A stretch of 62,984 nt of DNA, counting the filler, from Hausera hauseri (lineage: Eukaryota), in the NCBI GenBank assembly GCA_046269625.1. It is 12 parts of 12 records of this genome, joined end to end, with 100 filler letters (N's around TTAATTAATTAA, not from the genome) between each part and the next. Parts side by side here need not be neighbours in the genome. Positions count along the whole stretch, not along the records: positions 25,100 to 32,958 come from JBJURY010900647.1; positions 33,059 to 37,345 come from JBJURY010655775.1; positions 37,446 to 42,551 come from JBJURY010334048.1; 9 more parts are not named here. One strand, given 5' to 3'. Below, in pieces: positions 25,100 to 38,216 of the stretch (the first letter of the stretch is position 1; every line of letters begins with the position of its first letter). The position numbers were made by a program, and so were the translations under genes. The notes beneath the pieces are model-generated. The model worked only from the letters and a program-made list of their open reading frames with translations. It made no database searches and was not told where the DNA came from.

Positions 25100-26758
25100 T
25101 GGTGCATTAATGAATTCAGCGTGATAAATTTAACCTCTTGACCTCTTGTCAACAGCTTTATCACTTATTAACCGATAACTCCAACAGATAACCTTCACAA
25201 AATTCATTCGCTCAATACAAATCAATTATGGATAAGAAAAAGTTAATGTTGACATTGAACCAAAAGTGGAAATTATTAAGTTGATCGAGCAAAAAGAAAC
25301 ACAGACGGCAATAGCTAAGAAATACGATGTAGAGCAAGCTGTAATATGTAGAATAAGTAGTAACAATGGTACAAGTCTAACTGACTGACAAAATAATAAA
25401 AATCCGAACATGAAACGAAAACGCGTTGGGCATGCGGAAGATGTAGAAAACGCGTTGTTGAGTTGGTTCAGTCACGCATCGAGTAGATAGGTGCCATTAA
25501 GCGGACCAATCCTCAAATCAAAAGCTGAACAGATTGCGAAGCAGCTTGGATTTAATTCATTCACAGTATCAACAGGGTGACTAAAACGATGGAAACAACG
25601 CAATAACATTAATTGTAGGAAAAAGCATGGTGAGAAACAGGATGTGGATGACTTGGGTGCTGAGCGATGGATCACCGATGTGCTTACAGATCTGTTGAAA
25701 GACGTTAATCCATCCAAAGTGTTCAAAGCTAATGAGACAGGTCTGTACAGGAAAGCACTTCCAGACAGAACATTAGCGTTCAAGAACTCAACGGTGTCTG
25801 GTGCAAAGATCCGCAAGGAAAGATTAACTATTCTTATTGCTGTGAACATGGATGGATCAGAAAAGTTAGAGGTGTTAGTGATCGGAAAGAGTCTGAATCC
25901 ACAATGTTTCAAAAACCTTAAGAACTTACCAGATATGTATGAAGCCAACCGCAATGGTTGGATGGTGCCTGACCTGTGGAACAAGTGGTTACTGAAGGTT
26001 GATCGTTCGATGGAACTCCTAAATAGAAACATTCTGTTATTCTGTGACAACTGCACATCTCATAAAACCGATGTAAAGCTGACGAACATTAAAACATTCG
26101 ATGAGACTATCATTTACAAACCGGATGATATGAACATGGATGAGTTCGTCATTTATGTTTCAATGGACAATGCTGTTGCTACAGAAAGTGACGAATTTAA
26201 TGCATGTGACTCGATCAGTCTAACAGATACGACGGATGTTACGCAGCCTGGAGGTGTCAATATCCTGGAACCAGCAACCGTTTGCCAACCTCAACCCTGT
26301 CAATGACCGTGTAGCCATTGATGTCGTTCGAAAATTCCTGGAAGCAAATGGCTGCAAAATTATGATGGTGTGTATCAGATGCAGAATAAAGTTATCGAAC
26401 TTGGACATAAAACTGCAAAGCAAAGTTCTATTCTGGATTGTTTCAAAAAATTTTAAAAAACTTGTTCCTACATTTCACAGTGGACTACAACTGTTTTATT
26501 AAAATTTAGTTTCATGAATGTGTGTTCGAAAAATAAAACAAAAAATTACATAGTGTGTTGCAGTCTCATTATTTCATTTATAGGTCTCCTTATGATATTA
26601 TTTTTTACGTAAGTTAAATGATCAAATGTTGGAATAACTTGTAAATATTTTTGACACGGAATTTCATTTAATTTCAATAAGTCCGCCATAGTGGATAATC
26701 TGCTTTAATGGATTTTTTCTCAGTCCAGATGCTATCCACTGAAGCGGAGCCGACTTTA
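25100..26758 (+). mobile_element. Tigger/pogo (CENP-B-like) DNA transposon, internally deleted
   Basis: HTH KVEIIK...IAKKYDV, VENALLSWF...PLSGPILKSKA...STG*LKRWK.RNNI, NETGLY..ALPDRTL, KERLT, LLFCDNCTSH. Tigger-like right TIR at ~26683-26756. Confidence 0.92.
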
Positions 26759-29116
26759 ATTTATTTTTCAGCTCTTTTTTCAGTTTCTGATGATGACGGC
26801 AATTCTACTGAAATTAATCGAGACACATTATTATTTTCTATTGTAATGAGATCTTATGATATTGCAAGTAATGAAGCCATTTATATATCCAATCGTTCTT
26901 TGTCAACGACAAATTGATACCACATTAAAATCAATATTGTACTGAATGTAGAAAATAGCTTAAATTTAAAAACTGTTAATAAAAATCATTTCCGTGATAT
27001 ACATAAATTAAATTAAAAATTATCGGAAATAATCACAACATTGCTTATTTAAATATGTACGATAAATTGATAAACTCGATATTGAGCATATTTTGTGGAA
27101 TCGAAAAAAAAACGTAAATAATTATAAATAACGTGCATTTTCATTTTATCCAAATTATTTACGTATGCAGCACATTAAAAACATAAATACGATTTGAATT
27201 CAAATAATGGTAAGTACTACATAAGTGCATAAATGGACATGTTGAAATTGTTTAATTGAATTAAAATCGAAAATATTCAATCATTCAATTCAAAATATTC
27301 TATCACAATGAAAATGTATCATTTCAAAGAATTGTTCGTTATTCAATGCGAAAATCAACGGGAGAACGTTGAATCATGTTTTCACGTTAACTGCATTATC
27401 ATATTAATTTTATTTAGTGATTCCACTGGTCATTGACAAGATCCGTCCGAACGGGAAATTGGTTGTGGTTTGTGAGGAGAATTTTATCGGGTAGTTATTT
27501 GTTTGAAATCCATTTATGCTGTTTAAGTTTTGTAATGGGCGGTGTGAAAATGCTTATTCGTCCTCACCTTCCTGGGTGTTGCCGTAACCCGATGTTCAAT
27601 GAATTCAGGAATCGGTGATGTGTTACGGCCATTGTAGTGGTAATGGTTTCCACGGCGACCAATAATCGATCGCGCGAAAGACCAATAAATTGATTTTGTA
27701 AAATTGATAATATACAGGTCACCGATCAGATGAAGGTGCACTTGAAATATTCGGTGCACCATTATAATGGGATGAAAAATGGAACCGTAATTTATTCGAA
27801 TAATTTGACAATTCCATTAGATTCGCCACATATGAATCATACGTTGTATGGTAACACAATTTGTACCGTACAGTACACGGTTGTCCATTAAATTGAGATA
27901 ATATATTGCATAATTGAAGTCTGTTCATCATGATGAACATTTGACAAACATTTGGCATAGAAATTGCAATTCTAAATAGGAATAATAAATTTCATGAAAG
28001 CAAATTTAAAACTCACCATTCGTTGAAATGATTTATTGAAATAATGATAAATATAAAAATGTCAGCATTACTGTCTTGTTTATTGATTTTTATAATTTGC
28101 ATTTGAATTTTATTGATTTTTGAATATTCAAATCATGAACTTGTTTTCAAGTACCTGACGTCAGAATCTGATTCTCCATATATGATTTCATATTTGTCTA
28201 TGCTTAAATTTTGATCGATTTTTGATTCCTTGGGGCAGAAAAAACTATGCCAATGCCAAATTGATATTATTCAAAACCAATTGACCGATTTGAAATCCGT
28301 TTGTAAAGTTGTATAGACCAACGTTTTCGTGATCGACTTATCGATTTTTAGAAAAATCCATTTATCGATTTCCCCGCTCGATAAATTATCAGTTGCCAAG
28401 GAAACCATGACAACGGCTAGTGCATATGATCGATTTCTTGATTTATTGGAAATCGATAAACTGATGCTGCAGGGTTACGGCAACCCCCCCTTTCGCGGGA
28501 CGTGAGGACGAATCGGCATTTCCACATTACTATAATCTGATACGAAATTTAATCTGCATATATTTTGCATTTTATGAATGTAGAGCGAATCCGTGAAAAT
28601 GTGATTCAAGGTCAGTGAATTTGAACATGTATGGATAATAAATAACTACAATATTGAATCTGTTACTGTCAAATAAAACGAGAAACCAAATTTTGATTCA
28701 AAAATTATTTTCTCGACTTTTATTTACTACAAAATTTCGTTTTTATGCGCATTTTATTTTTGGATGAATTTCCATGCATTATTTGCATGTTCCTTTGCAA
28801 TTTCATAAAGTCTGCACGAGAGTTTTATTTTAGAAAACGGAGTTCTGGTGCACAAATTTCTAAATTTGTGTATGTAATTTGTGTGCGGAATTTGGGAAAT
28901 TGTAGAAACGTCATGGATAGTGTCAATGTGTGTCCAGAAAATTTTTAATAATAAATATCCATTTTCATTGCTTAGGAAAATCTTCAATTTTATGATCTGA
29001 TGAAGTCTGTTCCTGCACAGGAATTTTCCTTTAGTTTCCTTTCATGATGTGAAGGTTTGAGATTGCGTTTCCTGTTGTTTCGTTGTCAAATTTTATTCAT
29101 TTCCGTAAATGCAGTA

Positions 29117-31759
29117 TTACAAATAATTTAGCAGACATTCGTTAGTGTATACCATCGAAATAGGTCTTTGAGTGGTTTTTATACAATTCGAATTATTCGG
29201 AATGATCAACAATGTGACGAATACATTTGTGTGGAAATGAATAAAAACGTCATGTTTCTTGTGGATATCGTAGGTACAACGTACAATTGTCCGATTGAGG
29301 AAGTGTGTGATAAAAATGGCATAAAAATTCCACAAGAAATGCCAATGAGTAAATTTGTATCAAATCATGGAACAGATGTACGATTGAAGTTTTCCTGTCG
29401 ACAAGACAATGATGCGCGGTAGCTGTTGATTTCATTTGGATCTTATTGTGTGGTACAGGGATATCATTTGTCTTGCTGTTGATGGGGTATTGACATGCCG
29501 TGTACTGTCACATAATGATACTCTTGTCGCCAATGTTCAGACTGGTATAGTGTCTTTCCTTGATTTTCAATATTCGTGGAAAATTGACCAAGAAACAGAC
29601 AAAATGGCTGCATTGGAAAGGTGTCATATTTTTATTCCATTTTCATTTCTGATTGACTTGAGTAGGTTTAAGAAACAGCGAGAGAATCTCATTTGGACCG
29701 TGAGAAATGGTAGTGAAATTGACATGAATTCCACTGTACGTCAATGTTTCTATTCATCGGGTGATATAAATGACGATGGAAATGCTGTTTTGAATGTCTA
29801 TGAACGTCAGTGCGATATTCATGTAAGATTCGTCGATGATGACATACAAGGACAGGGTGCTATTAAACAGTTGTAAGTTTTAGTGGAATTGCGTGACTGT
29901 TTGTGTCAGGTTAGCACAACAGGTGACAATGGTGGACGTAAATAACCAGCAATTCATGATCGTCAGTGATGCATTGACCAGATATAAGGATGTCAGTGTT
30001 ACCATCACTAAAACTCTGGGGTTCAAAATTATGAGATTATTAAAAGAAGACGGCACAGTCATGGCTCCAGAAAATTACGTCGGTAGCAGGAAAGTCGAAT
30101 TTCTGCATGGGGAATCTGAAATGATGTAAATTGTTGTTATTGTAAAATTTGTTTCCTTCACATAATCGAATATGTAATTACACCGAATCGAATGTATCGA
30201 CAATCATTGCTTCTTGGCTTCATTACGATTATTCAACATTTTCGTCATAAGGTCCGTTGCCCAAATTATTTTATTATTGAGGACACAAAATTTTGATACT
30301 TTTGTAAAAATTTCCCACTGGGAACCACTTATGAAAGAAGCGTATGCTATGATGGAACAGCATTTGCGTAACTAGTCTGTTAACCCCCCGCAGTATCATC
30401 CATACTGAATAATGCATTCGGAACCTTCTCTAGCAATATTTTCAGTAGATTTTATTCTTAAATAAAAATTCCTGACACGAAACTATGACAATTCAGGAAA
30501 TTACATCCCCTAGTTGACAAATCATTCTTATAGAGACCGCGATGTGAGACAGGACAGTATTGACTGCAAATTTGTGTTTCCAGTAACGCGTAAATGGCCG
30601 CAGGTACTCATTCCACAGGGATGTGCTACTGTAGATCATTTGCGTAGTTCTGTGAAGGATTATGTTGGGACTGATGGGCGAGTCATATTTTTGGGGTATG
30701 AAGGGAACGAATACCGTTTATTGGATGATATGGAGCAATTGGATTTATTCATGAGGAATAAATTGTTTTACTGCATTGTTGCACCGTATGATTATTGATT
30801 TCTTTTGTCAATTGGTGCATTTTCGATATAGATTTGATGGAGTGGAGAAGATGCAACCAATCGGACGAGGAGGATTTGGGTCAGTTTACGAATGTATTGT
30901 AGGAGAAATGAAATTGGCGGTGAAAGAAATTGAGTTGCCAGTTCATAGCCGAATAATGTGGAAAAATGACATTATAAAAGAGTTGACGACCATGGCAGTG
31001 ATTGGTGAACATTTGAATATTATCCAATATGAGACGTTGTACGAAAATGATGCGTCATTGTTCATTGTCATGCCACTTATGAAAGTAAATTTGTGCGGTA
31101 TGAATTGGTTACGTAATGCAGGAGTCACTGGCACACTACATTCATGGACAACCTTTGTGTGAAAGGGATATTGTTTCATTTTCCCGTCAGATTCTTCAAG
31201 GGTTGTCCTTTATGCATAGTAAGGGTCTTATGCATAGAGATTTGAAGGGTGACTTCCTATCAACCATGAATTCTCTTATGTACCTGTAGGGGCAAATGTG
31301 TTGCTGGATGACGATAATAACGTCAAATTGACAGGTTTTGGCCTTTCCAAATACGTTGCGTTTGTAGGTAGTACCCTATTGGCTGATAAAGTTGCAACTA
31401 CAGCCTGTGGAACATATAGATGGATGGCACCAGAAATTATGAATAACGAAGGATATGGTTGTAAGGCAGATGTGTGGTCAATGGGCGTTACGTTCATTGA
31501 AATGATCACTGGTCAGTTCAGTAGATTTTATGCATACTGAATTACTTTAGGTCGACCTCCATATCCCGATTTAAATGATTATGTAGTAATATGGAAAATT
31601 GCCAATGAGAAACGTATCAATTACCATGTGCCGCATGACAAATATTCACCTCAGCTGTTGGCAATTGTTGATTCGTGTCTACAATCAAACCCCATGGATC
31701 GACCCAGCTGCAAACAGTTACTTCAATGCGATATTTTTCTACCTGTTAATAATTCGTGA
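29117..31759 (+). CDS. Spliced host STE11/MEKK-like Ser/Thr kinase with N-terminal PB1/ubiquitin-like domain(s); 5' end uncertain
   Basis: GRGGFGSVY, AVKEI, HRDLKGANVLL, TGFGLSK, GTYRWMAPE, KADVWSMG, GRPPY. GT-AG introns at 30786-30831, 31085-31121, 31249-31289 and 31512-31550 restore the frame. Stop TGA at 31757-31759. Confidence 0.88.
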
Positions 31760-33140
31760 ATTGTGTTGTTTTACGGCTAAATTAACTTTTAATCAAATCA
31801 GTATGACCTTGAAAATTACCTATTTAAAACAAACAATGGCCTTGATATGAAATGCATGTCAGAGGCCACAATGTATGGAATAAATTGTTAGTTTTTGTAG
31901 ATATTCCGAATTAAGTTTTTTGTCAAAATCAAAATTATGCAATACTTAACAAGTACGAATTTTAACACAGTCAGGATCGGATTAGAGTTTTAAACGCCCC
32001 ACAGCAAAGCCTAAATTTGTTCTGCCTTTCTATTTTAGGTGCAAGTTGTAGAAAATTTGAAATACGTAAAAGTTTGTCTGTTAACAAAATTTGTCACGAG
32101 TTTCCCCATAGCACTTATCACAATCGCCCCATTGGAGAACGTAAAATTCAGTTTTTGAGCAATTATTGATTTTCCAATCGTTGCGAAATTTTTTCAAGTT
32201 GAGTTAACGTGGAAATCTTTTCCAAGTCGACATATTTGGCTTCTTGTAGCAGTTATGCCAAAGTATCTTCTGTCTGAGGAGAATCGTCAGTTAAATCTAT
32301 TGCTTCTACTTATAGTGGGTTGGCTGATTTCTTTTTCTACCTAAAACCTCATCTATTACTTCGTCAATTTCAGTACATTCTTTACTGTAACGATTTTTAT
32401 GTATTTGTTTTAATGTCTGTGTGAGAAAACGACAGACACAAATGAACTGAGTTAACATATGGAATAAGCCACATGCTTATCATTATTTGAATAATTGTAT
32501 ATATTTATCTCTAAACGTAGATATTCAAAACAATTTATTATTGGAAGTGTCGGAAAAATAAAAAGATAAAATGCAGAATGTACACATAATTAGGTGAGAA
32601 AATGATAAAAAAATATTAGTATTGTACATAATTAGTCCAGTTAAATAGTATATAAGCAGTATGGAAAATAGAACGAACTGAACATTTATTTGCGACTTAG
32701 GATCGCATCAGCTAATTGAATAATTAGAAGCTTACGACTTAGGTTCGTTATTGCGAAGTTGCGAATAGACCTGACAATTGACTCTAATTCGATATTGACT
32801 GATTGTGATACGACGTTTATTCGATTGTGCAAGTGAATAATAAAAGGTTATTGCTTATTTGATTATCATTAAAATCCCTACATAGTTTTTCATCGGCTCT
32901 TAAAGCTGATTTGGACTACCCTAGGATAAAATCTGACTAAAAGTTAAATAGATAAGACNNNNNNNNNNNNNNNNNNNNNNNNNNNNNNNNNNNNNNNNNN
33001 NNTTAATTAATTAANNNNNNNNNNNNNNNNNNNNNNNNNNNNNNNNNNNNNNNNNNNNTTGTTTACATTTAAAAATATACACAATATCCCATGTACTGCG
33101 TCGCGCGCATATATGTGGGGAGGATCCGTGCCATCAAGAG

Positions 33141-36100
33141 ATGGCAAAATATTACAAAATCAATCCGGACACGTATGTGTGTCCAACGTGTGATGTTCCA
33201 ACCCGCTGTCCGTACTCAGACTTTTATGAGATGCACAAGCATCATCTCGGTCCGTTCACGCGGTCCAAGAAGATGATGCATGTGAATTGTCCCACATACC
33301 CACACTACTGTAGTAATAAAGTGCACAACGTTAGTGGTTATCATAGTACAGTGCAGCAGTACTATGGCATAACCTCAACGCTGCACAATAAAAGGGCCTA
33401 CGTTTGTCCCTGTTGTTCAATAGTTGAAACTCAAATAAACTATGAACAATTTTATAATCTGCATAAAAACCACTTAAACCAGTTTAAGCGGCCGAAGAAA
33501 CAAATATTTATGGACAACAGCAGCAGCAACAACATCCTGTCAACAACAACAACCAGTAAGAAACATCAGGCCTCAACAAGTCTTGACGGCTTAATCAGAA
33601 ACAGTATCCAGCAGCAGCATTAGCAACAGCAACAGGAACATTATCAACACGAACAGGAGGCCAGTATTCCCAACATTACAGTCAAGTACTATCTGAACAG
33701 ATCGTACGTGGACATAAAAGTGAACATGTCGTCGACAACAACAATGCAATTGAGACATATTCCGCAAAATGTGCGTAACCGGTTGGAATCAGAACTGAGA
33801 AAATTCCAACACCATTGCAAAGTGCAATATTATGCACTTGCAGAATTTAAAATTTGGAATGTGATGGGAAACAATGGTACATGTCACATCGAGCCGAACC
33901 GTATTCCAACAATTTTATTGCCGACGTAGGTGAGAAGCTCGAGAAAATCGCCAACTACACTAAAAAGGTCAGTGGATAGCGAATTATAAAAATTGTCACT
34001 CTTGGCTTTATCGTAACAAAGTCGAGTGACATAATTTACCTGTCCGGCCGATCATTCATACCGTCACCTACAGCCCTGCAGCATTCACATTCAGTAGTGA
34101 ATGTAAAAAATACTGACAAAGAATACTGTTTTCTTTACAGTATTCTGGTGGGAATAAAATAAGACCAAGTGGGCAGACATAGTGCAAATTGTACAAATCA
34201 GTATCGGCACTACTTTTCCGAATTGGATTTCGATGAATGCTGGATGCCGATGAGACCTAAAGCCATTCTGGCTTTTAAGCGCCGTAATCCAACACTGGAA
34301 ATAAATGTCTTGCGGTACAGTACAATAATAGAAACATCTGCAAACGACGAGACATAAGAACCCCTTGTGGACATAATTTTTCGAAGTCGGAATGCAAGAA
34401 GACACCCAATATATTTGTTGCAGCTCGAGCAAAAGGGAAACTTACATTATATGACAGTGACCAATTTGTATCGATTGTTGAACATGGATCACTGTCAGTT
34501 TGTCCAAAAGTACATACAGTGTAAATTGTGTCCTGTATATCTGCATGGTTTCAGGTCAAAAACAACATGGGAGAAACATGTGACGCTGTGCAAGCAGAAT
34601 TCAACGGAAACAACCATGTACGTCATGCCACTGAAAAAGGAGCTCCGATTCAATCATTGGTCGAAAACGAACAGTCCGGCATATGTGGTATATGCCGATA
34701 TTGAGGCAACTGTACCACGGCACAACGTGTATGATGAAAAACACGTTCCAATCGCCGTTGGTATGTTGGTTGTCCCAATAAAAGCTGTCGGTAAGCCGCA
34801 GTATTACGCCTTTCACGACTGGAACTGTGTACGTAATTTCCTGCAGCGTTTAGAAACGATAGTGGAAACGAAATCGAGCCGTGGTATCGCAATAACTGCA
34901 CAAAACCCCTGATTTGGACAGACGAAGACGAACGCCTGACATTTGCAGTCACAGATGAATGTTATCTGTGCCACCATAAAATATTACCGTTTGATGCACA
35001 GGAACGACTCGTACCGGATCACGACCATTTCACCGGTGGATACCTGGGAGCATCATGCAAAGCATTCAATTTAGCGAGGCGTGTGCGGCCATTCCTACCG
35101 GTAATCTTTCATAATTTCCGAGGTCATGACTGTCACCATATTCTTAAATGGGCCATTAACGGCTTTCCGCACTGGGAAATGTCCATAATTCCAACAACAG
35201 TGGAGAAGTACCTGTCCCTGTAAAAACGCATAAACCGATTCCAGGTACGCTTCTTTGATTCATTGCAATTTCTCAATAAATCATTGGCGAAGCTGGTAAA
35301 TGCCTTCCCGGATGTGCCGATAACCTCAACACAGTTCTCCACACATATTCCACGCAGCAAACGCATAATTCCTTATGACTTTGCAAAATCAAACGAGCGA
35401 CTCTGGACAGCAGAGAAATTACCGTCGCGATGGACAGGCATCACAGAGGATGAATACCGAAAAGCGCAGAGGTGTTAGACAGAACTCGGCTGTAGAAAAA
35501 TGTTGGATTACATGCTCCAGCATCTTAAACTAGACGTGTACCTGTTAGCCGATGTGTTCCAGCCGTTTTGAACGAAAGCGTTGGCTGAAAATAGGCTAAA
35601 GCCACTTAACTTTTATTCCATACCGAGAATGAGTTAGGCGTAAGCTCTAATGTAAAGGGATCAAGACATTGAGCTACTGAAAGACCCGAAAATATACCAA
35701 CTGTTTCATGTTGGTATTCGCGGTGGCATGACTTTTGTCAACAAGCGTAAGGTCAGTGCTACCGTCCATATCACATCACTGCTGTATATTGATATTAATA
35801 ACCTGTATGGCTGGGCGCTTTCGCAACCCTTGCCGTACGGTTCACTCTAATGGGTAATCGAGAGACAAAATCTGGAAGAAATAATGGTCAACCTACCACG
35901 TGCAGACATGGCAGGCTCAGTCGGATACCTGATNNNNNNNNNNGTATGGCTGGGCGCTTTCGCAACCCTTGCCGTACGGTTCACTTGAATGGATAGTCGA
36001 CACAAAATATCTGGACGACACAATGGTAACCTATCACGAGCAGAAATGGTGAGCTCAGTCAGATACCTGATGGAGGTTGATCTCTTGGTACCGGATGAGT

Positions 36101-36905
36101 TGCATGACGTTTTGGATGATTTACCGGTGGCACCATATAATCAATGCCTGCCAGGCTCAAAAGTGAAGAAACTGCCCATGACTTATGAACCGAAGCTGAA
36201 TTACGTGGTCCAGTGGCGTCTGTTACAGTTCTACATGCAGCTCGGTGAACGCGTCCCACAGCTGCATCGCGCAATCAAAATCAATCAGACGCCGATATTC
36301 AAGGCGTACATTGATGGAAATTCAGAAAAAATGAGTCGCAGCTTGTACAAAGTTCGAAAAGGTCTATTACAAGCTGAAAAACAATTCATTGTACGGGAAA
36401 ACAGTGGAGAATTTGATAAAGCATCTCAATATGCGCCTGAGCAACGACGAAAAACGGCTGGTTACGTACATAAGCAAGGCTCAGTTCAGGCGGTCAATGC
36501 ACATTGCGGATGGATTGGTTGCAGTGCTGTTAAACTGGAAAGAAATCGTAATGGACCGGACAAGTGGTATTGGACCTGAGTAAGTTGAGAATGTACGAGC
36601 TCCATTATCGCGATTTGGTAAGTTACCGGCAAATATTCTACGGCTGTGAGATCAGTATTGTTGCCGATGACGGACAACTTTTTCCTTGAGCTGTAAAACA
36701 TCAGTCAAGTCCAGCTGCTCCGACAAATGATGGCAGATTGATTACTGGACACGTCCAACTACCCACAGAACCATCCGCTGTACATCAGCGCGATAACAAA
36801 CAAAATCGGCTGCTTCAAGGACGAAAATTAAGGCAGGGTTCAATACAGGAAATGGATAATTTTGCGCCCAAAAGTGCTACAGTTTTCTGACGGATTGTGG
36901 GCCGA
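33141..36905 (+). pseudogene. Polinton/adintovirus protein-primed PolB (copy 2) with two N-terminal Zn fingers
   Basis: VKNTDKEYCFLYSI, VVYADIE, DHDHFTGGYLGA, IFHNFRGHD, FFDSLQFL, LKLDVYLLAD, GIRGGMTF, YIDINNLYGWALSQPLP, YGKTVEN, LDTSNYP, IGCFKDE. Confidence 0.93.
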
Positions 36906-37445
36906 AAATTCGGTCAAAAAGCATCCAGCTGAAACAGACGGAAACAAATCACGGCGATTACCGCCGCTGTAGACGGTAACGAATAAAAAAGTTGTTTTAT
37001 TATGCCGTGATGATAAGCGTAAGTGGGTGGGGCGGAATAACAGTTGGCGTACGGACATTGACGTTTGGAATAAAACACGCTCACACACAGATGAAATCGA
37101 TGCAGATAGATCAATTGACTATGACATTTTGTTGTTATATGTGTTTTATCAATAATGTATATTGTTCACTGTATTGCCTTTTGTTTTATTATTTTATTAT
37201 CATTTAATGTACCTTTATATTTAACTTAATGTGACGAAAAACGATATGAAAAAAACAAACAAACAAAACCAGTAAAATTTATTAATCATCATAAGCTGAA
37301 ATCAATAACAAAGTCAAATCAGCGTAAACTTCCCAGCTTTCATATNNNNNNNNNNNNNNNNNNNNNNNNNNNNNNNNNNNNNNNNNNNNTTAATTAATTA
37401 ANNNNNNNNNNNNNNNNNNNNNNNNNNNNNNNNNNNNNNNNNNNN

Positions 37446-37706
37446 GTGGCGCATTTTCAGCTTTTCTTTTTGTCCCCTGGTTCCTCTCCCTTAATTTCCG
37501 AGCTCCTCACATCTATAAACTTTTGCTCCTTTTGTCACGCGCTACCGACTTGACTCGGTCCAAAATGCAATGCTCCACCTCCTTTTCGGCCAGGAGGGGT
37601 CTGATTAAAATTTTTCCGAAAATGATAGTTATAGCGAGATAGATGGAGAAACGCGCTTATAACTTTTGTTTTAATAAGTGAGGAAGAAAGCATACTTCTA
37701 GCTACT
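37446..37706 (-). repeat. Probable Polinton terminus (TIR start AGTAGCTAGAAGT)
   Basis: The reverse complement aligns with the units at 43258 and 43835 (AGTAG...GAAGT...CTTTCT, CCTGGCC.AAAAGG, TAGCGCGTGAC, AGCAAAAGTTT). Confidence 0.6.
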
Positions 37707-38216
37707 CTCCTGTATTGATTATAGCGGTGATAGGATATCCAATTATCCAAATTACGGTTCTCGGTGTTACTTTACCACTTCTGTACTATTATATGAGTTA
37801 TCAGAGCTTCTTTTGGAGTCGTTGGGTAAACCCTTAGTTTCATATGTTTTGGATCGTAATTTTCCATAACATTAGGATGATGTATATATGCGTATTCATT
37901 AGAAGTAATGAATTGTTGTTGTTCCATTGGATGTTTATTCCACCATTTTACTTGCAGAATATCTGCCAGCAACCTTCTCCGTTTCTTACTACTAGTAATG
38001 ATTGAACTCCATGTCTTTTTAGTATTCAAGAGTGAAATTTATCTTCTTCGTCGGCGGTACATCTTCATCATCGTCAGAGTCATAATTATTTTTATTCTTT
38101 TGTTTGCATTCAGCACCTTTTTACTAAAAACCAACTAGCTAAGGATTGGATCAGAACATAGATGATTTCCCATGTACATACAGCAGTTTATTTTATACCG
38201 TATCTTTTAGTTACCA

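Noticed and set aside
25472-26056. 194-aa minus-strand ORF and similar antisense ORFs across the window
   Set aside because: Shadows of transposase, integrase or polymerase frames on the opposite strand.
27430-28068. Possible secreted-protein gene on the minus strand with a ~45-nt GT-AG intron
   Set aside because: Stops in the predicted frames and no recognisable domain.
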